DNA from: Bellilinea caldifistulae
GTDB lineage: Bacteria > Chloroflexota > Anaerolineae > Anaerolineales > Anaerolineaceae
NCBI RefSeq assembly: GCF_001306055.1
Contig: NZ_LGHJ01000019.1
Coordinates: forward strand, 30,001-62,000
Direction: 5' to 3'
Length of the DNA stretch: 32,000 nucleotides
The position numbers and the translations under genes were made by a program. Within the stretch, counting starts at the first letter, position 1; the number at the start of each line of letters is the position of its first letter. Below, piece by piece: positions 9,227 to 16,916 of the stretch. The notes beneath the pieces were generated by a model that worked only from the letters and a program-made list of their open reading frames with translations, was not told where the DNA came from and ran no database searches.

Positions 9227-9499
9227 CTATCTCCGCCGGGCATTGGCAGGTTTCAATGGAATATCGGCAATTAACCGTTGCTCACGCCCATCCTGAGCCA
9301 TATCAATTTTAACCGCCGAGGGATCAATCGCAACATGCCGCGAGATGACTTCGAGCAATTCGTTTTTCATCACTTCTAATTGATGCGGGGTTAAATCCGT
9401 CCGGTCATGAATCAAGACCAGTTTCAGCCTTTCCTTGGCTTGCTCGGCGCTTTTGTCTTTCTTACCCAGCAGTTGTTCCAACCAGCCAGCCATAATCAT
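9227..9499 (-). CDS. minE: Cell division topological specificity factor MinE
   Basis: 90 aa with the MinE signature (AKERLKLVLIHDRTDLTP..L..MK.E.L.VISR). Its ATGA overlaps the minD stop. Confidence 0.9.
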   Translation of the reverse strand: MIMAGWLEQLLGKKDKSAEQAKERLKLVLIHDRTDLTPHQLEVMKNELLEVISRHVAIDPSAVKIDMAQDGREQRLIADIPLKPANARRR

Positions 9500-10299
9500 G
9501 CACCTCCTGAACGGAACATTCTGCTAAGCCGGGCAAAAAAGCCATCTTTTTCATCCAGGCTGAGGAATGGTACTTGCTCCCCGTTGAGACGTCGGGCAAT
9601 ATTCTGAAAAGCCAGACCCGCTTTGCTCTTCCCATCCAGCGCAACCGGCTGCCCGCGATTGGTAGAAACAACCACTGCCTCATCTTCCGGCACAATCCCA
9701 ATTAATTCAACCGCCAGTAATTCAAGCACATCTTCGGCATTGAGCATATCGCCGCGCTTGACCAGATTCATATTGACTCGATTCAGAATCAGGCGAGCCG
9801 GGCCTTTCTCTTCTGCTTCGATCAGGCCAATGATTCGGTCGGCATCCCGAACTGCCGAAACTTCCGGATTGGTGACTACCAGCACCATATCAGCTGGCGC
9901 AAGAGCGTTTCGAAAACCGCGTTCAATTCCGGCGGGCGAGTCAATCAAAATCCAATCCACTTCATTGCGCAATTCATCGCACAAGCGAACCATGTCGCTT
10001 GGCGAAATGGCATTTTTATCTCGGGTCTGGGCAGCAGGGATTAAATACAACTCGGGCAGGCGTTTATCGCGGATCATGGCCTGTCGCAAACGGCAGCGTC
10101 CTTCGACCACATCAACCACATCATATACAATCCGGTTTTCCAAACCCAAAACAACATCCAGATTGCGCAGTCCAATGTCCGCATCAATGCAAACGACCTT
10201 ATAAGAAAGTGCTGCCAGAGCAACGGCAATGTTTGCTGTGGTGGTTGTTTTTCCAACACCACCTTTTCCTGAAGTTACAGTAAGTACTTTGGCTGCCAT
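9496..10299 (-). CDS. minD: Septum site-determining ATPase MinD
   Basis: 267 aa. It has the deviant Walker A SGKGGVGKTT, the switch regions, and a C-terminal amphipathic membrane-targeting helix (GFFARLSRMF). Confidence 0.95.
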   Translation of the reverse strand: MAAKVLTVTSGKGGVGKTTTTANIAVALAALSYKVVCIDADIGLRNLDVVLGLENRIVYDVVDVVEGRCRLRQAMIRDKRLPELYLIPAAQTRDKNAISPSDMVRLCDELRNEVDWILIDSPAGIERGFRNALAPADMVLVVTNPEVSAVRDADRIIGLIEAEEKGPARLILNRVNMNLVKRGDMLNAEDVLELLAVELIGIVPEDEAVVVSTNRGQPVALDGKSKAGLAFQNIARRLNGEQVPFLSLDEKDGFFARLSRMFRSGGA

Positions 10300-10308
10300 T
10301 CTCCTCCC

Positions 10309-11043
10309 CTATTTCACTTTGGTATTCCAAATTTCAGTAATAATTTCATTTTTGACAATTCGCGCAATTTCGGCACCTTTATTTTTCTTTTTTATTGGTG
10401 GCACATAAAAAAGATTGGCTATGCGAAGTTGAGTTGGACTCATTTCCAACGCGCACACAACGCAATGCTCGTTTCCCTGTGCGCCGGCGTGGACTGTGCC
10501 GCGCAATCTTCCCCAAACCACCACATTCCCGTCCGCGATGATTTCCGCACCGGGGTTGACATCGCCAATCACCACCACGTGCCCGTGTGTCGAAACCCGA
10601 AATCCAGACCGCAGGGTTCGTTGAATCAAGATGGCATCCTCCCCCGGTAACTGCGTATCCATCGGACGCACGACCCGCTCTGGTTTTGGAGTCGAAAGGC
10701 GGGTTGCCAATCCCAAAACTTGCGCGGTCTGCTCCGTTACCGGTGAATGGCTGATAACCGCCCACAAAGAAATCTCGCGGTCAGAAAGGCGGTCTCGCAG
10801 GGCTCCCATTTGGGCAGCATGCAGAATGCGATTACCTACATCCAGTGCCAGGCGGGCGCCGCGGAAGAAGGTACCTTTCTCCTCGATTTGTTTCAACAAA
10901 CGTTCCTGTAATGTGTCCCAATCACCCTCGCCAAGAGTTACCAGCAACCCCTCACGGATTCCTTTGATGGTGATTGCGGTATCTTTCTCGTTTCCGGTTT
11001 TATAACCGGGTCTTTCGTCTGGATTCGTTGTTCGGGTAATCAT
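10309..11043 (-). CDS. minC: Septum site-determining protein MinC
   Basis: 244 aa. The C-terminal beta-helix repeat (GHVVVIGDVNPGAEIIADGNVVVWGRLRGTVHAG) is typical of MinC. It sits directly upstream of minD. Confidence 0.85.
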   Translation of the reverse strand: MITRTTNPDERPGYKTGNEKDTAITIKGIREGLLVTLGEGDWDTLQERLLKQIEEKGTFFRGARLALDVGNRILHAAQMGALRDRLSDREISLWAVISHSPVTEQTAQVLGLATRLSTPKPERVVRPMDTQLPGEDAILIQRTLRSGFRVSTHGHVVVIGDVNPGAEIIADGNVVVWGRLRGTVHAGAQGNEHCVVCALEMSPTQLRIANLFYVPPIKKKNKGAEIARIVKNEIITEIWNTKVK

Positions 11044-11108
11044 AACTATCCATTATAGCAAAGCCTGCCCAGCCATGTGGCTGAAAAGAGCAGCCGCTTT
11101 TGGGGGGT

Positions 11109-13193
11109 CTATTCGCCTTCATCAATCTTTTTCAAATCGAAGTAGGCTTCCATCGTTCGTCTCACAACCGGGGCAGCCAGCACCGCGCCTTCTCCGCCGT
11201 TATAAACGAAAGCAACCACCGCAATTTCGGGGTTATTGTATGGCGCAAAACCCACATACCAGGCGTGAGATGGCCAGTTGCCGCGTTGACACAAGCCCTT
11301 TTCTCGGGCAACGTTGTCGCAATATTCAGCCGTGCCGGTCTTACCGGCCGATTCAAAAGTAGCTCCAGCAAAGATCAGAGATGCGGTGCCTTCCACTGTT
11401 GTATATCGCATACCTTTTCGAACTTCTTCCAAAACCCACGGCTGTACAGTTTTCTTTTCACCGGTTTGGAAGAAATTTTCATCATAGATATTGATCACCG
11501 GATCTTTGGTGATGTCCCAGATCACCTGAGGAACAAAAGGACGAATAACCTCTCCCTCGCTGTTTGTGATTTCTTTGATCAGGGTCGGTTTCATCATCCG
11601 ACCATTATTGGCAATCGTGGCTGCTGAAACCAGCACTTGCAATGGTGTAGCCAGATCATATCCCTCTCCCACCGCCGCCAGGTAAGTATCCCCGGTTGCC
11701 CAGTTCTCGCCCACGGTGCGCCGCTTCCAGGTGGGGTCTGGAACCAATCCATCCGCCTCACCGGGTAGCTCAATGCCAAAAGTTCGGCCATATCCCAGTG
11801 CCTGCGCATATTCCTTAAGACGCCAGACCCCTAAGCCTCCATTTGGCACCTCATTCTGATAACCACCACCCAGCTTGTAAAAATACACATTGCAGGAAAC
11901 ACCTACACCCTTTACAAAATTTACTTGGTCGTGACCTTTGCCGGTTGTTTTATAGGTGTAACAAACATATTCCTCAAACCGCGGGCGGGGGTCATTGGGA
12001 GCAAAACGTTGTTCCAATGTAATCACACCCGGATCGAAGATTTCTTGCTCCGGCGTTACCACCCCCTCGTTGAGCGCCCCAATCGCTGTTGCCAGTTTAT
12101 AAACCGAACCCGGTGAATGTTCCGCCGAAATGGCATGGTTGAAAAGCGGGCGGGCGGGATCACGCGTTAATTGTTCATAATAATAAGCCGGGATGAAACG
12201 CGCCATCCGATTATTTTCAAAAGTCGGGTGAGAAACCAGCGCCAGTATCTCGCCGGTACGGACATCCATCACAATGACCACACCTTGCGTATAACGGTCC
12301 GGATCTCCAACGCGGATATTGTAAAACTGCATGTTATTCAACAATGCCGCCCGCGCAGCCGCCTGCAGGCGCACATCTATCGTCAGGTGGATATTATTAC
12401 CCGGCACCGGTTCGATGGGTGGTTCAACATCACGGATGATTTTTCCAGCATTATCCACTTCCACGACTCGCCGTCCGTTTTTACCCATCAAAACATCATT
12501 CAGGCTGTTTTCCACACCCGCGTAGCCAACCTTATCCCGATTGGCAACAAAACCAAGATTTTCCCAATAATCCTGCTCAATTGCCGGGATAGGTCCCAAA
12601 AAACCGACAATCGTTGAAGTCAGCACGCCTGTTGGATAATCCCGAATGGGTTCGATCTCGATCTCCACGCCCGGTAAATCGGCGCTCTTTTCACGAATGA
12701 CCATAGCGGTAGTTTCGTCAATGTTACACTTAACCCGAACGGGGCTGAATGGCGCCAGCGAATCGCCGATGAACACAATTTGGGCAATTCCTAAATCATT
12801 GAAGCAGGGGGTAAAGTTACGAACAGTTTCCTCGTTAATTTCCCCGTTATTGACCGGTACATTGATAAGGGAAGACAGCCGGCGGTAAACTTCCTGCACA
12901 GCCCCCTCATCGGTCGGAAGATTTGCCGGGATGATCACCACATTGTAGGAAGCAATATTCCGCGCCAGCACCGTGCCGTTGCGGTCAAAAATCAAGCCGC
13001 GCTGGGTTGGCAGCCGCACAATATTGGTACGATTGTCCTCCGCTCGTATCAAGTAGGCTTCACTTTGCAGGATTTGAATCGTGAACAAGCGAAACAAATA
13101 AAACGCAATCACCCCACCTATAACAAGGTAGGTCATGATCAAGCGCCAACCGCTGAGAAATTGAGGTGCGGGGGATGGAGTATTTTCGTTCAT
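11109..13193 (-). CDS. mrdA: Penicillin-binding protein 2 (elongasome transpeptidase)
   Basis: 694 aa with an N-terminal TM anchor and a PBP dimerisation domain. The transpeptidase motifs are SxxK (SVYK), SxN (SCN) and KTG (GKTGTAE). It follows mreD by 8 nt. Confidence 0.9.
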   Translation of the reverse strand: MNENTPSPAPQFLSGWRLIMTYLVIGGVIAFYLFRLFTIQILQSEAYLIRAEDNRTNIVRLPTQRGLIFDRNGTVLARNIASYNVVIIPANLPTDEGAVQEVYRRLSSLINVPVNNGEINEETVRNFTPCFNDLGIAQIVFIGDSLAPFSPVRVKCNIDETTAMVIREKSADLPGVEIEIEPIRDYPTGVLTSTIVGFLGPIPAIEQDYWENLGFVANRDKVGYAGVENSLNDVLMGKNGRRVVEVDNAGKIIRDVEPPIEPVPGNNIHLTIDVRLQAAARAALLNNMQFYNIRVGDPDRYTQGVVIVMDVRTGEILALVSHPTFENNRMARFIPAYYYEQLTRDPARPLFNHAISAEHSPGSVYKLATAIGALNEGVVTPEQEIFDPGVITLEQRFAPNDPRPRFEEYVCYTYKTTGKGHDQVNFVKGVGVSCNVYFYKLGGGYQNEVPNGGLGVWRLKEYAQALGYGRTFGIELPGEADGLVPDPTWKRRTVGENWATGDTYLAAVGEGYDLATPLQVLVSAATIANNGRMMKPTLIKEITNSEGEVIRPFVPQVIWDITKDPVINIYDENFFQTGEKKTVQPWVLEEVRKGMRYTTVEGTASLIFAGATFESAGKTGTAEYCDNVAREKGLCQRGNWPSHAWYVGFAPYNNPEIAVVAFVYNGGEGAVLAAPVVRRTMEAYFDLKKIDEGE

Positions 13194-13201
13194 TTTGGAG
13201 A

Positions 13202-13702
13202 TTAAATTACCTCAACCGGATAAACCCAATGAGCCAGATCATTGACAATCACAAATATCGGTAAGGCAAAAATCAAGTTCAACAGGGTACTGGGCAATGT
13301 TACCAGAGAGATACTCTCCTGAATAGGGAGCGCTGTCCCGTTGAAAAACAGTGCAAGGTAAGTGATTCCGTGATAAAGAATGGTTGCAACAAAGGTCATC
13401 AGCAGCATGGCTAAAATAGGGGTTTGCCAGACTTGCCGCTGCAAAAGCCTTCCAATGGCGGTGGCTACCAGATAGGCTATTAAAGGTACAAAGAAGGGGG
13501 TTGCAGAAACCAGCGATACCAGGGTGCCACCAATCAAGGTCCATTGCCACGCATGTTTGACCCGTTCATGAAGTGACCAGGCGATGACAAATAACAGCAT
13601 TAAATCCGCTGTTCCCTGAAGTAGCGGTAACCGGCTGACAATTGCCAGTTGCAGCATCAGTAGAAGGGTAAAAATGGGAATGCCCAAAAGAGAGATCAAC
13701 AT
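13202..13702 (-). CDS. mreD: Rod shape-determining protein MreD
   Basis: 166 aa polytopic membrane protein located between mreC and mrdA. Size and hydrophobicity fit MreD. Confidence 0.75.
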   Translation of the reverse strand: MLISLLGIPIFTLLLMLQLAIVSRLPLLQGTADLMLLFVIAWSLHERVKHAWQWTLIGGTLVSLVSATPFFVPLIAYLVATAIGRLLQRQVWQTPILAMLLMTFVATILYHGITYLALFFNGTALPIQESISLVTLPSTLLNLIFALPIFVIVNDLAHWVYPVEVI

Positions 13703-13708
13703 CTCAAA

Positions 13709-14557
13709 TCAAGGCACGCTGGTAGGGATCAACGGAGAAAAATCAACCGGCCGGAAATTGGTAATTACCAGAACCGCCTGCAATGTAGAAAAATCAACCA
13801 CAGGTTGTACTGAGGCGGACTGAAACAACTCGTTGGATTGTTTACGCACCGAAATAACCTGTCCAATCAGCAAGTCGGCTGGATAAGTTCCTCCTAAACC
13901 GGAGGTTAGCACCAGATCGCCGGGTTGAAGCGGTGCATCCTGCGATACCATTTCAACGGTTAGATCGCCGGTTACCGATCCAACCAGTTGCGCCTCACTA
14001 CGATGCGGCTCGATCCGCACATTCACAATTGAGGAAGGATCGGTGATTAACCTGACTCTGGCAGCCGTGGCGGTGACCGCATCAATTTGCCCAACCAATC
14101 CCTGATTGGTAATCACCGGCATTCCACGCCTTAATCCATCATCCGATCCGCGATCAATGAACACATATTTTAAGAACGGATTGGGGTCTTTACCGATTAC
14201 AGCGGCTGCAACATACTGTCCACCCTGCGGATTGGATCGGGCAAAATCCAACAGGGCATACAACACCTGGGCTTCACGCAATTGTTGCTGTAATTCGATG
14301 ATTTGAGCCTGCAGGCTGGTAACTTCTTGTTCCAATTGTTGATTACGTGCTCGAAGGGTTGCCACATCGCGCGGAACGGTGACAAATTCATAAACTGCCA
14401 TGTAACGGGTCGCCAGCCATTCCTGCACATTGACCAAGGGTGAGAGCACAGTCCCCAACAGAGGGGTCAAAAAACCACTCAAAGCAAACAGGACAATCCC
14501 CACCCCTACCAGCAACAGGGTTGCGGTTTGCCAGAATCCAGAACCGGTTGTTTTCAT
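13709..14557 (-). CDS. mreC: Rod shape-determining protein MreC
   Basis: 282 aa. It has an N-terminal TM, a coiled coil (LRARNQQLEQEVTSLQAQIIELQQQL), then beta-rich domains with GMPVIT..GLVGQI and LTSGLGG.YP..L.IG motifs. Confidence 0.9.
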   Translation of the reverse strand: MKTTGSGFWQTATLLLVGVGIVLFALSGFLTPLLGTVLSPLVNVQEWLATRYMAVYEFVTVPRDVATLRARNQQLEQEVTSLQAQIIELQQQLREAQVLYALLDFARSNPQGGQYVAAAVIGKDPNPFLKYVFIDRGSDDGLRRGMPVITNQGLVGQIDAVTATAARVRLITDPSSIVNVRIEPHRSEAQLVGSVTGDLTVEMVSQDAPLQPGDLVLTSGLGGTYPADLLIGQVISVRKQSNELFQSASVQPVVDFSTLQAVLVITNFRPVDFSPLIPTSVP

Positions 14558-14602
14558 GATATGCCCAGCATTTTAACACAACGGCCAAGCGACCAGGGTT
14601 GG

Positions 14603-15664
14603 TTATCGGCTGCCTGTACGATCCAATCCAACCAAAAAATCGGCATATTTATCCAGATCCTCAAGGATCATCCCCGCACCACGGGCAACGCAGGTCATTG
14701 GGTCTTCTGCAACCCATACCCGTACATGTAATTCATCAGATAGTCGTTCAACCAGTCCCTGCAATTGAGCACCCCCGCCCGCCAGACAAATCCCAGTTTC
14801 AATCAAGTCGGCCACAATTTCTGGCGGCGCTTCGTCAATCGCATCCTTGATGGTATCCACAATGACCTGAACCGAACCGGCGATGGCTTCTCGTATTTCT
14901 ACTGAGGAAATTTCCAGTGTTTCGGGCAATCCACTGACCAGATTCCGCCCGCGAACGCTCATTGTCTTTTCCTCGGGTAAGGGGTAAGCCGAACCAATCT
15001 GCATTTTGACCAGCTCCGCCATTCGTTCCCCAATAAACAGGTTGTACTTGTTACGAATGTACTGGATGATATCCTGATCCATCTCATCACCCGCTACTCG
15101 CAGGGAGCGCGAAACCACAATCCCGCCCATCGAGATGATTGCCACCTCGGTTGTACCTCCGCCAATATCCACAACCATGCTTCCCTGAACCTCAGCAACG
15201 GGCAATCCCGCCCCTAGTGCGGCAGCTCGAGGTTCTTCAATCAGGTAAGTTTCTCGGGCTCCGGCAGACATCGCCGCATCATAGACAGCCCGTTTTTCCA
15301 CTTCCGTTGCGCCAGAAGGAATACCCACAACAACCCGCGGGCGTGGCATCGGCACAACGGATTGTTGATGGGCTTTTCCAATAAAATAGCCCAGCATCGC
15401 CTGGGTAATCTCAAACTCCGAAATGACTCCATCTCGCAACGGACGCACCGCAATCACATTGGCCGGTGTGCGTCCGACCATCTCTTTCGCTTGTAATCCA
15501 ATGGCAAGCGGGCGGCGGGTTCGTTTCTCAATTGCCACCCAGGATGGTTCATTGATAACGATTCCTTTACCCCGAACATTGACCAATGTATTGGCCGTAC
15601 CAAGGTCAATGCCAATATCCAGAGAAAACAATCCCATCAGCCAGTTGAAAGGATTGAAAGCCAA
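14603..15664 (-). CDS. mreB: Rod shape-determining actin homologue MreB
   Basis: 353 aa with the actin-fold ATPase motifs (DIGIDLGTANT, DIGGGTTEVA, GIVLAGGGA-like CLAGGGAQL). It has a TTG start at 15664 with AAGGAG 6 nt upstream. An in-frame ATG 9 codons downstream is an alternative start. Confidence 0.93.
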   Translation of the reverse strand: MAFNPFNWLMGLFSLDIGIDLGTANTLVNVRGKGIVINEPSWVAIEKRTRRPLAIGLQAKEMVGRTPANVIAVRPLRDGVISEFEITQAMLGYFIGKAHQQSVVPMPRPRVVVGIPSGATEVEKRAVYDAAMSAGARETYLIEEPRAAALGAGLPVAEVQGSMVVDIGGGTTEVAIISMGGIVVSRSLRVAGDEMDQDIIQYIRNKYNLFIGERMAELVKMQIGSAYPLPEEKTMSVRGRNLVSGLPETLEISSVEIREAIAGSVQVIVDTIKDAIDEAPPEIVADLIETGICLAGGGAQLQGLVERLSDELHVRVWVAEDPMTCVARGAGMILEDLDKYADFLVGLDRTGSR

Positions 15665-15720
15665 ATTGGTCTCCTTAATCCGTAAAGGATTTGTTAAATT
15701 TGTTCACAGATCAATCAAAA

Positions 15721-15729
15721 ATTATACCA
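15721..15729 (-). promoter_or_regulatory. Extended -10 promoter element for the mreB operon
   Basis: The - strand reads TGgTATAAT (complement of 15721-15729), about 55 nt upstream of the mreB start. There is no good -35, as expected for an extended -10 promoter. Confidence 0.45.
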
Positions 15730-15748
15730 TAGTGCAACATTACGGCGC

Positions 15749-15777
15749 TTGACATTCTTCGCCCAACTGCATATAAT
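15749..15777 (+). promoter_or_regulatory. Consensus sigma70 promoter of tRNA-Gly
   Basis: TTGACA (15749-15754), exactly 17 nt of spacer, then TATAAT (15772-15777). The tRNA 5' end is 12 nt downstream of the -10. Confidence 0.8.
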
Positions 15778-15789
15778 CCCAATCACAAT

Positions 15790-15861
15790 GCGGGTGTAGT
15801 TCAGTGGTAGAACGTTTGCTTCCCAAGCAAAATGTCGTGGGTTCGAGTCCCATCACCCGCT
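15790..15861 (+). tRNA. tRNA-Gly (anticodon CCC)
   Basis: Hand-folded: GCGGGTG TA GTTC AGTGGTA GAAC G TTTGC TTCCCAA GCAAA ATGTC GTGGG TTCGAGT CCCAT CACCCGC T. All stems pair. It has U33 and anticodon CCC. CCA is not encoded. Confidence 0.92.
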
Positions 15862-15884
15862 CTAAGACAGGCACACTTATTTTC

Positions 15885-15929
15885 AACCGACTGGCAGGAT
15901 CCTTGCACCAGTCGGTTTGTTTTATTTTT
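15885..15929 (+). terminator. Rho-independent terminator after tRNA-Gly
   Basis: A 10-bp stem, AACCGACTGG (15885-15894) with CCAGTCGGTT (15908-15917), has a 13-nt loop and is followed by TGTTTTATTTTT. Confidence 0.85.
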
Positions 15930-15980
15930 CAATAACTTAACAATAATGCAAGGGATGATGAGCCAGCCCCAAGAAAATAC

Positions 15981-15986
15981 TATAAT
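15981..15986 (+). promoter_or_regulatory. Candidate -10 box for the signalling operon
   Basis: TATAAT at 15981-15986 lies in the AT-rich gap between the tRNA-Gly terminator and the first receiver gene. There is no convincing -35 (TGATGA with a 19-nt spacer at best). Confidence 0.3.
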
Positions 15987-16055
15987 TTAACCGAGATTTT
16001 TCTAAATAATTTCCTCAAACGCTGCTTCCTCACTTTTCAAGGAGTGCCTCATCTG

Positions 16056-16448
16056 ATGACCGCGGGAAAGAGTATCCTTTACATCGAAGACAATTTTGAC
16101 AATCGAATGCTGGTTCGGCGTCTGCTGGAACATGAGGGCTTTTTGGTCTTGGAAGCCGAAAACGCCCATCAAGCTTTGGAGTTACTTCAAACTCGCATTC
16201 CGGATTTGATTCTGATGGACATCAATATGCCGGAAATTGACGGCTACACCCTCACCCGGCAAATCAAGACAGCTCCTCAAACCAGCCATGTGCCCGTAAT
16301 TGCCCTGACCGCCAATGTCATGCGCGGCGACAAGGAACGTACCTTGCGGGCGGGTTGCGACGGGTACATCGAAAAGCCCATTGACATTGACACTTTCATT
16401 GATCAGGTCAATCAATTTCTGAACGGTAATCGAGTCAAGCAGCTATGA
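16056..16448 (+). CDS. Stand-alone response-regulator receiver protein (CheY-like), RR1
   Basis: It carries the acidic pocket (IEDN), phospho-acceptor Asp (DLILMDINMPEIDG), T (ALTAN) and K (IEKPI), and has no output domain. I prefer ATG 16056 (AAGGAG at 16039-16044) over the track's GTG 16044, which overlaps the SD. Confidence 0.88.
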   Translation: MTAGKSILYIEDNFDNRMLVRRLLEHEGFLVLEAENAHQALELLQTRIPDLILMDINMPEIDGYTLTRQIKTAPQTSHVPVIALTANVMRGDKERTLRAGCDGYIEKPIDIDTFIDQVNQFLNGNRVKQL

Positions 16449-16906
16449 ACACAACCTCAAATCAAAATCCTCAAAAACCAGCCCCGGCCGCCGGTACCAC
16501 TGGCAGCCTGCTCAAAGATGTTACGGTTCTGGTGGTAGAAGATAATGTGTCCAACTTCGTGTTGATTGCCCGCATGCTAGGATTTTTAGGGATTCACTGC
16601 GAGTGGAAAACCTCCGGTTATGAAGTAGTCGAATTTGCGGATACGCTCCCCCGTTTGGATCTGATTTTGATGGATATTCGCCTTCCTTATGAGGATGGCT
16701 ATTCGGCTTTTAACAAAATCCGCCAATCTGAGCGATTCAAGAATGTTCCGGTAGTAGCCGTCACCGCTGAAGCCAGTCTGGAGCAAATGAACAAAGCCCG
16801 CAAAGCCGGCTTTGACGGCTTTTTGGGTAAACCACTCGATCCCGATCGCTTCCCCGATCAAATCCAGCGCATTCTGGCAGGTGAACCCGTCTGGGAAATG
16901 GATTAA
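16445..16906 (+). CDS. Stand-alone response-regulator receiver protein, RR2
   Basis: 153 aa. A ~25-aa unstructured N-terminus is followed by a complete receiver (VVEDN, DLILMDIRLPYEDG, AVTAEA, LGKPL). Its ATGA overlaps the RR1 stop. Confidence 0.88.
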   Translation: MNTTSNQNPQKPAPAAGTTGSLLKDVTVLVVEDNVSNFVLIARMLGFLGIHCEWKTSGYEVVEFADTLPRLDLILMDIRLPYEDGYSAFNKIRQSERFKNVPVVAVTAEASLEQMNKARKAGFDGFLGKPLDPDRFPDQIQRILAGEPVWEMD

Positions 16907-16916
16907 GGATTTTCTG

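Noticed and set aside
9623-10204. 193-aa Ser/Thr/Arg-rich + strand ORF
   Set aside because: It is antisense to minD, and its low-complexity composition is typical of a shadow frame.
11100-11627. 175-aa + strand ORF, and other 60-150-aa ORFs inside mrdA, gltX, glnS and the GAF genes
   Set aside because: All lie inside, in an alternate frame or antisense to, long ORFs with clear family signatures.
16044-16055. GTG 16044 as the start of RR1
   Set aside because: The GTG overlaps the only SD (AAGGAG, 16039-16044). The in-frame ATG 12 nt downstream is properly spaced.
16812-16916. Upstream extension of the GAF-1 ORF (track start at 16812)
   Set aside because: This stretch overlaps the last 95 nt of RR2 in another frame. 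The encoded peptide (MTAFWVNHSIPIASPIKSS..) has no domain character. ATG 16917 has an SD and begins just before the first TM helix.
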